Below are positions 1-13,582 of a stretch of DNA of 64,000 nt, piece by piece. The DNA comes from Octopus sinensis. Taxonomy: Eukaryota. The notes beneath the pieces are model-generated. The model worked only from the letters and a program-made list of their open reading frames with translations, was not told the DNA's origin and searched no databases. Made by a program: the position numbers and the translations under genes. The stretch covers positions 10,044,001-10,108,000 of the forward strand of contig NC_043012.1 in the NCBI RefSeq assembly GCF_006345805.1. The letters run 5' to 3'. Every line of letters starts with the position of its first letter. Positions within the stretch are counted from its first letter, which is position 1.

Positions 1-144
1 TGTTTTTAAGCAAAATACCTCATCTCATGTTGCTCTGCCTTCATTTTGACATGTAAAGTGTGATACAACTTGTAACTGTACATTTTCTATATAATGGAAA
101 AAGCATACAGCGCGTACATTTGTCCACTGTAAAGAAATGATCAT

Positions 145-204
<60 letters not shown>

Positions 205-240
205 TACATACAGAGAAAGCGAGACAGAGTGAGAGAGAGA
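145..240. repeat. (AG)n/(CAGA)n microsatellite
   Basis: Directly visible. Confidence 0.95.
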
Positions 241-349
241 AGGGAGAGAAAGTGTGAGAGAGAGATGCAGAGTGAAAGGAAGATAGAGAAAGGGAGAAAG
301 AAAAAGGATGGGAAAAAGGGAGTGAGTGATGGAATAGTATATATGCACG

Positions 350-580
350 AAACAGCCGAACGATTAAGGCGGTTGTTTGACATCGAAGAGGTCTTCAGTT
401 CGGTCCTACTTATCGGCGCATGCCGTAAATTTTATTTGTTATAACCTCCTTGGATGAGAAAAAAATGCATAACAAGCCCTTCATATTTCTGATACAGCAT
501 AACGAGGATTGTTTTTGAGAAGGAGTGGTACCTATGTCTGCGGAGTACTAAGCCACGTACACGTTAATTCAATGCGTAAG
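350..580 (+). mobile_element. Very old family D-like SINE
   Basis: AGCCGAACGATTAAGGCG..GTTCGGTCC head and TGTCTGCGGAGTACTAAGCCAC..CACGTTAATT domain. Confidence 0.45.
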
Positions 581-1641
581 TAAATAATTATGTTCATCGA
601 GCGACTGAATATCCTTCTACGAAATCGACCAGGGACCACATATGTATGACAAGCTTATTAGATTTCAGACCGAGATTTTAGTCCGAGCTACGTTATTGTT
701 TAGATATATTTTTCTATCATTTGTTTAGCTCAGTTAAAATCCGAAATTCTATGCATCTCTTCTTGAGAGTATGTTTGGCCATGGTTTTTGTTGCCAGATC
801 TTTTCTATAACAAACACAAGGGAAGAGATATATGTTGACATCGCTACTGTACTTTCAGTTTGTTTATCGTTGTATGTCATTTACCGATTAATGAAAGTTA
901 TCTGCATTTATTTTTCGCATTGTATTCTTGTATAAATATTATTACAATAAGTAAACTACTAAGATTTAGACAATTCTCCATACGACAAATATGTTGTTTA
1001 CCAATAATTCCTCTAGTTTTGTTTTGTATTGTTAGGCGTCAGAAAATACGATTGATAAATTTTATAATATACCAGAAATAGAAATATTAACATTACATAC
1101 AAATCAGATCCGTACAACTGAAGCAATAACGGCAATAATAAAATAATATATTTGTGACTGTCAATAAAGACGAATATAGATTGCAAAAACTAGCGCTTCA
1201 ATGAAGGACAGAAACATATTTATCACGATTCAGAAAGAGAAACCCATCAAATTCAAGAATTAAACTGAATGATACACGCATGAATAGAATGTTATTCGCT
1301 GCTTCTCTTACAACAGTGACTGGGAATGTCAAATAAAGAAATAAACGTACACAAGCGATATAATTCCTTCCAGAAGGTGTCTATGGGAGGGGAAAATGTC
1401 CAAACACCCTCTCATTTAGTTGACATTATCAAAAATATATATCTCAAAAATATATATCTTAAAAAATATTAAGTATATTATTATCCTGAACCAAGAATTT
1501 CCTACCGAATTCATAGTAATTGACAGAAGTGGTAACATATCTAACTTGAACACTTTATCAGCTACATCCCATTCCGCTGGCACAAAGAATAAAATCTGTA
1601 TTAAATAAAACAGTGGAAAACCTATCAGTCTCTTGTACTGT

Positions 1642-1878
1642 AAGGCGGTGAGCTGGCAGAAACGTTAGCACGCCGGGCGAAATGCGTAGCCGTATTTCGT
1701 CTGCCGTTACGTTCTGAGTTCAAATTCCGCCGATGTCGACTTTGCTTTTCATCCTTTCGGGATCGATTAAATAAGTACCAGTTACGTACTGGGGTCGATA
1801 TAACCGACTTAATCAGTTTGTCTGCCCTTGTTTGTCCTCTCTGTGTTTAGTCCCTTGTGGGTAGTAAAGAAATAGGTA
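1642..1878 (+). mobile_element. SINE family A (tRNA-like head, CORE-like domain)
   Basis: GAGCTGGCAGAAACGTTAG head, GAGTTCAAATTCC B-box, GCTTTTCATCCTTTCGGG..ATAAGTACC domain, tail GTAGTAAAGAAATAGGTA. Confidence 0.9.
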
Positions 1879-2894
1879 TGTTTTCTCTGTCTGTAAGAGA
1901 AATTATATAAGCAAAATAACAAACTGTAGACTATTCTTCTTAATCCCACTTTTGAAATCTGAAGATCGAGAATCGAAAAAAATGTTATCTCCGTCCCCGG
2001 CAATTCGTTCAAAGTCGCCATTAATGGAAATTATCTTGAAGAGGGACATTTGTTTATAAATCTGAATATAAACATGTGTCAAAATGTATTCATCTGTAGT
2101 TTTGTTGTTAAAGGATCCGGTTTGGGGAAAAATTGTTTGCACGGGTTCCTTCTTCTAACTTTTCATGGGCGTTGTTTTACAGTTTGCCGTTTACTGTTTA
2201 CTGTTTCTCAGTTTGCCGTTCAGTTCAAAATTGTTCACCCTCTCAACAGGGATAGCATCAGATTCAGCGTTCGCCCTTGAGAGAGCAACTGGTTTTGATC
2301 TGTTCATCAGTCATGCTAGATGTCAATTTCAATGCCACTAAGGTTTATGAGGTTGTGTTCACACTTCTCCTTCACAATTATCCTGATCTTGATGTATCAC
2401 AGCCATGACTACAGACAATATTTAAAGAGCTTTCTATTAGTATACCCTGTTTTAATACTCAATGCGGCACGCGTCACCAGGCTTGCTACCTTCGCTGATT
2501 GATCTGGTGTACTTCCTACTTCAGTCGATTGTACGCTTCCAAATTTTGTCACTAAAAAACTTGGTCTTTGTCCTGAACTTCGTTTGACCCCATTTTCTGA
2601 ACTCCAGAAGGTACCTATCACCGTGCTCCAAGATTCAACAACGTCTGTATGATAAAGTGTAGGATTTCTCTTCAGTTTAAATATGTTACCTGAAGTTTTG
2701 TTACTTCAGCGTTCTTCCGTAAATCAGTTTGTCATTATACTGTACTCCAAGAAAAACACAGAAATATGTAAACAGAAATAATAACGAAACACTGCAACTC
2801 TTATTATTTTAAACACTAATAATGCATCACACACAGAAATAAACACACACGCACAAACACACAAACAAATATACATACATACATACATATATGG

Positions 2895-3008
2895 GATCAC
2901 GTGGATGAGAAAGGCGCGATCCAGAGACGAGTGGACAGCGTGTTGTGACCAGCGGTGTCAAATGGACGCCTGACGGACTGGTCGGTCAAAGTGATCAAAG
3001 TGATATAT
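2895..3008 (+). mobile_element. Family C-type 3' fragment
   Basis: TGTGACCAGCGGTG...TGGTCGGTCAAAGTGATCAAAGTGATATA matches the 3' end of the 56127 copy. Confidence 0.6.
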
Positions 3009-3299
3009 ATATAACAAATTAATAAATAAAACATGCATATATACATACATATATGTACGTACCTACATGTACATGAATATATACATTCATATATGGGTAC
3101 AGGACACCAAAAAAAAAAACGTCGAACACAATGAGAAACGAAAACACAAACACAATACCAAGGAAAAAAATAGAGTACATGACATGGGGCAGGGAATACA
3201 TTGCCGTCTAATTTACGCAAAAATGAAAATGAAAATAACACTGACATCTTCTTTTAACAAATATATTTACCAAAATTATATAAAAATGTCTTGAAATAC

Positions 3300-3905
3300 T
3301 AAAGAGTAAATTTATTCAATGATATCGCCATTGGCTTCCACTACGGCCCCCAGACGACTTCAGAATCGCCTGCTGCTCTTCTGGGCGATCTGCTTGTTTA
3401 AGATGGTGAATACTGCCATAATCCTTGCACTGCATCATTGGAAATCAAGGGGGTTGCAGTCTGGGGAGTTAGGTGGCCAGATGTTAGGGGTATTGTGGTT
3501 GCAAAAATTATCTGAAAGCCATGACTGGGTTCTGATGCATGTGCAGCATGGTGCAGAGTCTTGTTGCCAGACATAGGGTCTTCAAGCAGCCACACTCTTG
3601 ACCTAGGGTAGCACTACATTCTCTAAGCACTTGATGTAGGCGTCTGTGTTGAGTCTTAGGGCGTACGCGAAGATGAATTGAGGCATAACGACGCCATCAC
3701 TAGGGATTACTCCAAATACCATGATCTTGAATGGATGCTTGATTTTTATCTTTCTCGGTACATGCGGTGTCCTCGGATTGACACCCAAACACTCTGAAAT
3801 ATTCGTATTGGAGCTTCGGGGGCGAATGGCAAGCACTACAGCATGTCGTTTCCAAATTTCTAGCGCGAAATTGAAAATATAAAATGGCGATAATTTTGTC
3901 ATCGG
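3300..3905 (-). mobile_element. Internally deleted maT (DD37D) Tc1/mariner transposon
   Basis: KHPFKIMVFGVIPSDGVVMP...LNTDAYIKCLENVVLP, and YVWQQDSAPC...IWPPNSPDCNPLDF with 37 residues between the two catalytic Asp. Confidence 0.88.
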
Positions 3906-3909
3906 ATCT

Positions 3910-3980
<71 letters not shown>

Positions 3981-4042
3981 CTGTGTGTGTATGTATATAT
4001 ATATACACACATATCTATATTTATAATATCCATATGTACACA

Positions 4043-4086
<44 letters not shown>

Positions 4087-4099
4087 CATATCTACCTAC

Positions 4100-4165
<66 letters not shown>

Positions 4166-4198
4166 GTCTGTCTATCTATATATGTATATATGTTTGTG

Positions 4199-4266
4199 TA
4201 TATATGTATTCATGTCTCTATATATGTATTCATGTCTCTATATATGTATTCATGTCTCTATATATG
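4199..4266 (+). repeat. 20-bp minisatellite x3, following (TATC)n
   Basis: TATATATGTATTCATGTCTC repeated three times. Confidence 0.9.
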
Positions 4267-5088
4267 TGTATGTGTGTGTGCTTGGCAAAAGATAACGAGA
4301 GCAATATGCAGCCAAATTTTTAATAAATATTTTATTGCATATCAAAAAGCCCTTTAATGAAAATATTAGATCATACAGCAAGAATTCTAACGATGGATTT
4401 AGAAGCACGTAACTTTGGCGCCAAGAACGCACAATCATATCCAACAGTTTCCCTATACATCATTAACACTTGTAAATTTTCTTTTCACACGAGATAACCT
4501 CCATAGGATTCTATGATGAATTCTAGCCTGATGAAAATGTAAGGTGCACGGAGATCTTTAATTACATTTCAACTAAGGTGTTGTTTTGGAATCTTTTCAA
4601 GGGTCTAGTATTTCAAAAATGAGCTCTATGTGTTTTAATCTTGCGATCTCGTAAATTTTACTTGTGTGCCAGTCTTAGTTGATACTTGGAGACAGTAAGT
4701 GATATTTTGTACCTTACAAAGTCTCCAATATCAGTAGATGAAAAAAAATATATACTCTATATTAGAAAACCAAATACACATTCAGAAGTGAGTCTTTCAC
4801 CCATTTTATGGTGATACATTTTTTGGGGGTCTCTACAAAGTTCCGATTTTAAATCCTCACACTAAGCGATTTTAGAAACCTGTCTGAATCACATTTACGG
4901 TTTTCTGATTACAAGATTACAAACTGCTCTTAATATTATTCTTAGATAGTAAAGCTCCTCAGTGCATATTTTAAAGGCATGAGTGGCACCTATTTCCAGC
5001 AGTTCTAATGTTTCATAACAGTTGTAGCAGGCTTTTCTTACTTTTCTTTCGAACGAAGAATTTCTGTCATCTAAGTTCGCAGTTGTAT

Positions 5089-5335
5089 TCTTCTTCTTCT
5101 TCTTCTTCTTCTTCTTCCAATCAGGACTCACGCCATTAGCCACAAAGGATAATCTCTAATTCGAGCCTACTCTAAGCTACTAACAATGCGTGTGGCAACT
5201 TGGAGATCCACTCACCACACGCGATAGGCTGTCGGTTGCACGGGTGCGAAAGCTACGTTGTTATCCTGATTCCGTAAACCGTGGCTTTTTTAACGGGTGG
5301 AGAGCCGAACCATCCTTGACCACAGAGGATTCACA
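5089..5335 (-). mobile_element. Probable retroelement 3' end with a (GAA)n tail
   Basis: GC-richer segment ending on the minus strand in TGG(AAG)n at 5089-5117, abutting a family C SINE. Confidence 0.4.
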
Positions 5336-5340
5336 ATCTA

Positions 5341-5585
5341 ACTAGGGTCTGAAATTTTACCACACCATAGTGGATTACACCATGGTTCCTCTGCTTTGTA
5401 GTGGAAGTAGGAAGAAAGAGTGAGAGAAAGTTGTGGTGAAAGAGTACAGCGGGGTTCACTCCCCACCCTCGCCGGAGCCCAGGGTTTTTTGGTCAATAAA
5501 CACTCACAATTCCTGGTCTGGGAATCGAAACCGCGTTCTTGCGACCGCAAGTCCGCTGCCCTAACCACTGGGCCATTGCATCTCC
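5341..5585 (-). mobile_element. SINE family C (tRNA-Arg-like head)
   Basis: Minus strand GCAATGGCCCAGTGGTTAGGGCAGCGGACTTGCGGTC..GGTTTCGATTCCCAGACC, containing A and B boxes. Confidence 0.85.
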
Positions 5586-6853
5586 GCAGTTGTTGTAAGC
5601 GAGGGGTGGGTAGACATTATCTCTTAAAGATACGCAAAGGAATAGGGATATTCTTCTCTATTTTTTGCGTTTGAGTCGTAGAAACGATGTGTCTGTATCA
5701 TAATGAATACCAACCTGTCTTTTAATGCCCACAGAAGCATGAGATTTCTATATTCTGAAGGTACTTCTAAATGCAAGGAAGTATGACACAATCTAGCTGT
5801 TCGAGTTGAAATTATGGATGTTTTCTGATATGAAAATTAAAAAGAAACATCTTGCATGATTTCTTTTATTACGAATCTTGCAGTAACCTACTTAACATCT
5901 TAAATACGTTTACATTTTTTATATTATTCAGAACATATCAGAAGAATGCGACAACCCTATCATCAATTTTTTATACAAGATATTTTCATCTCTCAGTTAT
6001 TGGCACTTAAGGATAATGATTATAATCTAAAAATTTTAACGCGTTGCTTTTTTTCTTCACAAAACTTTATATGCATCTCTATAAAACATTTTTCTTTACT
6101 AAAAATTCTGTTAAATGTAAGAAAATATTATAGCATTTGCAGCGACCGTTTTGTGGAAATTATAATGCTAGCTACATTTTATCACTTCAAATTTACGAAA
6201 GCCTTTTGAATATTTCGCATCCAGCAGAGTACACACATACACATACACACACATACTCACACAATCACACATTCACATACACACACACATACATGCAAAT
6301 TGTGTTTTGTGTTTTGTCAATTATATAATATACTTCTTTTCCATATATAACAAAAAAATAAACCTATATATACGCCCTCTCCCTTTGATCCGATTTCTAT
6401 TTGCGCATGGATGTCGCTTCTCCGTTTGTTTCTTTTCACACCCACACACGTGCGCAGTTACATACAAATTCTCTCATCCACCCTTGGAAGATTGACTATA
6501 TGTGTGTGAGGGCCACATAAGAAAATTACTACAAAGCTCATGCTTACTGAAACCTTGTCAAACCGAGCAATCCATTGAGCTGATTACATAAATTTTCTTG
6601 TGCTGTTTTTCAATGTAATTATTAATTTTCACCTGATACTTACTACATAAAAAAATAAAATCTGGAACCCGATTGGCTGTTCACGTAAGTGGTTTCAAGG
6701 ATTTTAGAAAGTCCATTCTGAACTGAATCGAATATCTGACACCAAATCCATTAAGTAATACGTTTTATTCTTTAGCTGTCACTATGGTTTGTCAATTATA
6801 TCTTATGATTATGAATGTCACAACCCACTCTTTGTGATGCAGTATGTGTGTGA

Positions 6854-6927
<74 letters not shown>

Positions 6928-7630
6928 ATACTCAGATTTGCATCCATACACATACGTAAGCATATATATATATATAATCATATATTTATATATAAATATG
7001 CATATACCTATATACATATAACATAATAGAGTATAACATTATATACATACATGCAGTTATATAAATATATCTATCTATGTATTTCACTATATGTATGTTT
7101 ATATATGTGTGTGTGTGTTTGCATGTATGTGTATATATATATTTATACATTTAAATATATATCTATATATATAATTATAAGTACGTAGATATGTATATAT
7201 ATATATATGTATATGTATATATATAATTATAAGTACGTAGATATATATATATATGTATATGTATATATATATGTAATATATATATATTATATATATATAT
7301 ATATATATATTTATATACATCATTCCTCTTCTTTCTATATCAAATTGCCATTTGATAAAGAATATACGGAAAACTACATATCAAAACAACAAAAAGTACT
7401 GGAACATATTTCTCCGAGAGAAATTTATCTCATTGTTAACTATATTATATTTCTTTTTTTGTTTTTTTTTAAGTTATTCACTGTAGTGTTCATTTTGTAT
7501 TTGCCAATACGTATATAAGTATTCATTTATTCCTTACGTCAGCTAGAAGACAAAGCACCACATTGTTCGTTAGATAAATGCTTCCATTTTATAGTCGATA
7601 ACGGGGAATATCTTTCATTGAGCCCCTTCT

Positions 7631-7665
<35 letters not shown>

Positions 7666-8590
7666 ATTCTACTATTTTCTACATGTAACGATTTCTTCAA
7701 AAAACAGTATAATCCTCCTTACATTTCATCAACTCGGTCGTTTGGCTATGAATGAATATCATTTGGGTAGCTCGATATAATTGATATCTGCATCATATAC
7801 CATACTCAGGCAGTGTTGCATTAGAACACAAAGACTTTAAACGTAACCCACTCCAATGATCTCTACTCCTGTGAGATTACTTTGCAGCAGCCATCGCCGA
7901 TTGTAGCGTATGATTTCTATATAAGTAAATATCTAGATTTTAGAAATATAATTTTGTTATAGCCACTCTTAAGGGGAAATCTACTTTGTGGTCATCTTAA
8001 AAATATTCCACCTCAATTCCCAGTCAAAGTTTTATGAAATATATTCACCTGACCGCTAAGATTTAATATCATTATTTATGTTTGACCTTATTATATCAAG
8101 TTCATTCTAGCATCTTTCGTCGCTAAAGATTTGCAAATGATGTTTGTAAGAATTCATCATTTTCATATTGTACGTTACTTGCATAGACTTTTAGATTATC
8201 TTTATTATATTTACATAAATTATTTTAGAAGTTCTTGACATGTCCTAAATAATGTGATATTCAGACACATTTCTATGTTGTAAATTGTCGAAATGTTAAA
8301 CAAATGTGTACGGATTTTTAGAGGTATTGAGAATAGATGAGAAACTGTGTGGCACCAAGGAAGCGGTGACTTTAGAGAAAACTTACTGAAATATTAAATA
8401 TATTGAATTATAGAATATATGATTAAGGTAAGAGAACAAAACCTGAGCACAAAACGTTTCAAATTAACAAACATTAATAAATAGAAATATAATACGAAAT
8501 ATTGAATTAAGGAAGTAAAACGAATCAAATATTTACTTGAAATACTACAACATAAGTTATCATCACATGACTGAAGTAATGTTTGTCTAA

Positions 8591-9017
8591 AATTTCGGCA
8601 CAAGGCCAACAGTTTCCTGAGAGATGGCTAGTCGATTAGTTCGCCACCGGTGCTTTTGGGACCATGCAATCAACTAGCCCTGAAAGAGATGAAAGGCAAA
8701 ATCGACTTCAGCGGCTTTTGAAATGAAAACGTAATGTCGGACGAAATGTCTCTAAGTATTTTTCCTACATTCTAACGATTTTGCCAGTTCAACGCCTTAT
8801 GTATTGGCATAAAACTGATTTCAGCAATTTCAGGGCAGGAGTAAGTCGATTACATCTACCCCCAGTCCTCTCCTGGCCTCGCCTCTATTTTATTGACCAT
8901 AAAATGATAAAATGCAAAGTAGATGCCAGCGGAGTTTTAACTCAGAACGCAAAGACGGACGAAATGTGGGTATGCATTTTGCCCGGCGTGGTAATGATTC
9001 TGTCTGGTCGCCGACCT
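8591..9017 (-). mobile_element. Two tandem degenerate family A SINEs
   Basis: Two runs of GATGAAAGGCAAA.TCGAC...AACTCAGAACG...GACGAAATG-like sequence (8591-8798 and 8806-9017). Confidence 0.7.
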
Positions 9018-9617
9018 ACTGTACTGACGTAATACTAAAAAACAAAAACAAAAAAAAAAGATCTGTGCTGGTATTGATTACATGCTGAAATTTCAACACC
9101 AAAAACACAGAACTTTCAAAACAAGAATCACTATTTATTAGAAAGAAAATGACATATATTTATATTGGATAAGAAAAATAAATCACGAAACAATCCGTCT
9201 ATTAATATCAGAGTAAAGTTAGTCGCTTTTGATAAAATACGAACATAAAATGCTGAAGTTCGTTAAAATTGCTGGAAGATGTTTCTTTTTTGTTTTGCGT
9301 TTTTACTTGGTTATCAGCAATTCTAGGTGAGAATATAATACTCATTATAATATGATATACGTATTGATTTCACGTCAGTTGTATCTGTTTTGCTTTCTAT
9401 GAAGACAAAAACAGTAAAAATAAGATATAGACAGTGGATTTTTATTGGAAGATTTCGTGCCATTTTGGTATACTATTGTTTGCTTGGGGCTGTAACTTAT
9501 GTATTTCGGTTTTGTAGCTTCACTACAGAATAATACCTTGATGAGCTTCTATCTTTCACATTTAAATCTATCATCTCACATTGAAATTTTTCGGCAAACA
9601 TGTTCCAGGGGTGACCC

Positions 9618-9618
<1 letters not shown>

Positions 9619-9673
<55 letters not shown>

Positions 9674-9689
9674 TATACATAATATATAT

Positions 9690-9720
<31 letters not shown>

Positions 9721-9727
9721 ATACATA

Positions 9728-9815
<88 letters not shown>

Positions 9816-9816
9816 C

Positions 9817-9849
<33 letters not shown>

Positions 9850-9854
9850 CATAC

Positions 9855-9901
<47 letters not shown>

Positions 9902-9916
9902 CATATATATATATAC

Positions 9917-9958
<42 letters not shown>

Positions 9959-9970
9959 TATATATATATA
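9619..9970. repeat. Long interrupted (TA)n microsatellite (one of many, e.g. ~6850, 27630, 41610, 53770, 59410, 60850, 63420)
   Basis: Directly visible. These tracts produce the YI-repeat pseudo-ORFs in the track. Confidence 0.95.
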
Positions 9971-10115
9971 CCTATTTTTTCTCATTCAATATCTTCTATA
10001 TTCTATTTTTAAGCAAAGCAGTTCTTGCTAATTATGTTTAAACAAACAATTGTATATTTAAAGTAACCGTTAAATGGAGAATTAAGGCAAAGACCATTAA
10101 TATTAGATCACATTA

Positions 10116-10445
10116 AACGGCAGCGAGATGGCTGTATTGTTTGCACACAGGGCTACATGATTTTTCATCCGTCCTTACGTTCTGATTTCAAATTTCGCCA
10201 AGGTAGACATTGCCCCCACCCATTCTTTCGGGGCCGATAAAATAAGTACCAGTATGTAATCGACTTAGTCTCTACTCCAAAATTGTTGGTCTTGTACACA
10301 AATTTGAAACAAATAATAGATCACTCTATACATAAATCTACATAAGGCTGCCAGCAGAACCGTTAACTCGTCGGCTTGGTTGCTTCGCGGTAATCGTTTC
10401 AGGTCTCTTAGTTCATATGCCGACGAGGTCAGCTTTGCTTTTCAT
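10116..10445 (+). mobile_element. Two degenerate family A SINE copies
   Basis: TTACGTTCTGATTTCAAATT..GATAAAATAAGTACCAG (10116-10312), followed by a partial head and core (10346-10445). Confidence 0.65.
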
Positions 10446-10874
10446 CGGATATTTACTTTCTCTGTATTGCTGCCTGTCTTTCTGTAAGAAATCTATCGTA
10501 CCCGAGGAGGGAAGTTTAAATTGCCCAAGACACGACTGCGACGTCCTTCACGTTCTGGCACAGTCAATCTTCACTTCGATACCTCCACTTGTATACAAAT
10601 TAATTACAAAAAAGTATTGGGGTTAACTTCATCGAACTATGAATCTAAACCCAAAAGCCTTAGCAAACAGAAGAAAAATAATTTCTTTAATCTTTTTTTT
10701 TACGATTTTGTACTCACGAGGGCCGGGCAGGACTTACCACCTGTTACTGGGTTCCTTAATTGGAAAAGGTGAGAGGAAGGGACACAAGCAGGGAGTGAAG
10801 GAAGTAGTGAGGAAGCTAGTCCTGTTAAAACAGACCACTGATTAAGTTTAACACTCAAGTATATCATAGCGGGA

Positions 10875-11081
10875 TGTGAACTCAGAACAGTAACAATCGG
10901 AATGAATACGTTCCTACAGTCCTACTTATTCTATCGCTCTGAAACTTAGTTTTAATTATCGATCCTGAAAGGAGGAAAGGCAAAGTTGACCTCAACAGGA
11001 ATTGAACTCAGCGCAGTGAGCGCGAACAAACACTTCATTGTATTATATGCCACGCTCTAATGATTCTGTCACCTTGCCGCA
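10875..11081 (-). mobile_element. Degenerate family A SINE
   Basis: CGATCCTGAAAGGAGGAAAGGCAAAGTTGACC..GAACTCAG..TGATTCTGTCACC. Confidence 0.65.
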
Positions 11082-11124
11082 GATTTCAGCTGAAGGGTAT
11101 CAAAATCGGTAGTAAAGTGACCTA

Positions 11125-11355
11125 GGAGGCGAGCTGGCAGAAACGGTAGCACGCTGGGCGAAATGCGTAACCGTATTTCGTCTGTAGTTACGTTCTGAGT
11201 TCAAATTCTGCCGAGGTCGACTTTGCCTTTCATCCTTTCGGGGTCGATAAATTAAGTACCAGTTACGCACTGGGGTCGTTGTAATCGACTTAATCCGTCT
11301 GTCTGTCCTTGTTTGTCCCCTCTGTGTTTAGCCCCTTGTGGGTAGTAAAGAAATA
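11125..11355 (+). mobile_element. Young family A SINE with a 17-bp TSD
   Basis: Full head, core and tail. GGTAGTAAAGTGACCTA at 11108-11124 and 11356-11372. Confidence 0.95.
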
Positions 11356-12069
11356 GGTAGTAAAGTGACCTAAACATTTTTGGCTATATTTAATTACGCT
11401 CATTTACGTTATGAGTTCAAATACCTCTGCAGCTGATCTTATTAAATTTTACCTTTCTGAGGTCGAGAAATAACGTTATGGAATTTCAGCTTATTTTACT
11501 CACCGATATAACCAAGAAACGTCGAGGTGCTTGAGTGACGCGGGAGGGAACGTGCAGAGCTAAATATTTTTAAGTTCATTTAAACTGGAATTTCATATTT
11601 TAGAATTTATTCTACCAGCAACTTAGCAAATTCCTGGCTTTCTGCCCAACACAATCAATCATTATTACGATTAGAATTGTCGTTACTTTGAAGAAAAAAA
11701 CAAGAAAGGCAAGAATTATTTTTGAATATATAATTTTAGGAACATATACGTTTTGACTATTTAGTTGTTAATTAACAATATATTTAGAAATTAGCTTTCT
11801 CTTAATTTATCCATCTCCCTCTTCCTCTTCATACTACTACTACTACCACCAAAACCACCACCATCTCTTCTTCTTTTCTTCTTCTTCTTCTTCTTCTTGG
11901 TGAATAGTTTTGCTGATATATTATTTGTATGGAATCCAAGACAGTAAATAAAAAAAACAAACAAACAAAAAGCTGTACAGTTTTCTGTGTACGTGTGTAC
12001 ACATTCTCGTCAACTTAATGAAAGCAATCATAGAAATCTACCTCTCCCTCTCTCTCACATTATATATAT

Positions 12070-12481
12070 ACTCTTTTACTCTTTTACTTGTTTCAGTCAT
12101 TTGACTGCGGCCATGCTGGAGCACCACCTTTAGTACTTATTCCATCGGTCTCTTTTTGCCGAACCGCTAAGTTACGGGGACGTAAACACACCAGCATCGG
12201 TGTATATATATATATACTCTTTAATTCTTTTACTTGTTTCAGTTATGTGCCTGTGGCCATGCTGAAGCACTGCCTTTAGTCGAGCAAATCGACACCAGGA
12301 CTTATTTTTTGGAAGCCTAGTACTTATTCTATCGGTCTCTTTTACCGAACTGCTAATTTACGGGGACGTAAACACACCAGTATCGGTATGTTGGGGGGAG
12401 GGGGCGGCAAACACGGAGAGACACAGATATACAAACACATACACACACATACATGTATATATATATAAGAAGCCCGTCGTA

Positions 12482-12521
<40 letters not shown>

Positions 12522-12681
12522 TACGACGGGCTTCTTTCAGTTTCCGTTTCCCACTCACAAGGCTTTGGTCGGCCCGAGGTTATAGTAGAAGACACTTGCC
12601 CAAGGTGCCGCGCAGTGGGACTGAACCAGGAATCATGTGGTTCGTAAGCAAGCTACCTACCACACAGCCACTCCTACACCT
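12070..12681 (-). mobile_element. Family B SINEs: a 3' fragment (12070-12200) plus a full-length copy (12216-12681)
   Basis: tRNA-like head (GGAGTGGCTGTGTGG...GGTTCAGTCCC), central TA/TG microsatellite, tail GCTTCAGCATGGCC..CTGAAACAAGTAAAAG. Confidence 0.9.
12467..12536. repeat. Perfect 70-bp palindrome centred on (TA)n within a family B SINE
   Basis: AAGAAGCCCGTCGTATATATGTA(TA)n...TACATATATACGACGGGCTTCTT; the two 35-nt halves are exact reverse complements. Confidence 0.95.
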
Positions 12682-13359
12682 ATAATATATATATATATAT
12701 ATATATGCACACATACATTTCTTTGTTTCTATCTCTCTCCCACTCTCTCTGTATATGTATGTGTGTGTGTGTGTGTGTGTACGTAATATATATGTGTAAA
12801 ATCACACGTATACACACCCGCGGCATAATTGGCACAGTCGTTCGACTCTCAGCCATAATACTTCCTGGTAAATGTTCCGGCTCTTCGAGTTAGAACTCCG
12901 ACAAAGTCAACGAATCTGTGTGTGCATGTAGTAATTTGTTTAAGCTAAAATTTTAGAGTACATCCTCATTATTTAATACGCATATACTTGCAGCCATATG
13001 ATGACGGCAATGATTATTAGCTTTATCAATATAGTTTCTCATCTGTCCGTTAGTACGAGGACTATAGTATTTTTTTTTCTTGTTGACCACCGTAAATATC
13101 TACCCCGTCATAATCTCAGCTTCTTCCTTCTCCTATAATTACATTTATGTCTAGACTATTATATTTCTCCAGTTTCGGACATCTTTCCTTAGCGCAATAT
13201 CGCAAATGATGGATGATAAGAACGCACAACAAAAGACATGAAGGTTGCATCTTAGAGGTCAACATATATCTTGATTTCTAAGACACAATTATGTTACAAA
13301 GATTAAAGCGTTTCTGAAATTTAGTTGATTGATTTATAAAGATATTGAAATCTATACTG

Positions 13360-13390
<31 letters not shown>

Positions 13391-13541
13391 ATGTATGTAT
13401 GTATGCATGTATGTATTTATATAATATCTTAGATTAAAATCTTCGTTACTGCAGCATCGGTTAAAACTTAATTATGAAAGTAACAACATAATGTTCTCAG
13501 GTTCTCAGCTACCAAAATTCCCTTTAAGACGTTTAACTCGT

Positions 13542-13582
<41 letters not shown>

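Noticed and set aside
4895-5143. 82-aa minus-strand ORF with poly-K
   Set aside because: Poly-K comes from a (GAA)n retroelement tail, and the rest matches no family I recognise.
5500-5585. tRNA-like sequences (also at ~42680, 56340, 63750)
   Set aside because: They have A/B boxes but no complete cloverleaf or acceptor stem, and continue into SINE bodies. They are SINE heads, not tRNA genes.
9497-9985. Long YI/HT/CV-repeat ORFs here and throughout the track
   Set aside because: Translations of (TA)n, (CA)n and (TATC)n microsatellites, which lack stops in some frames.
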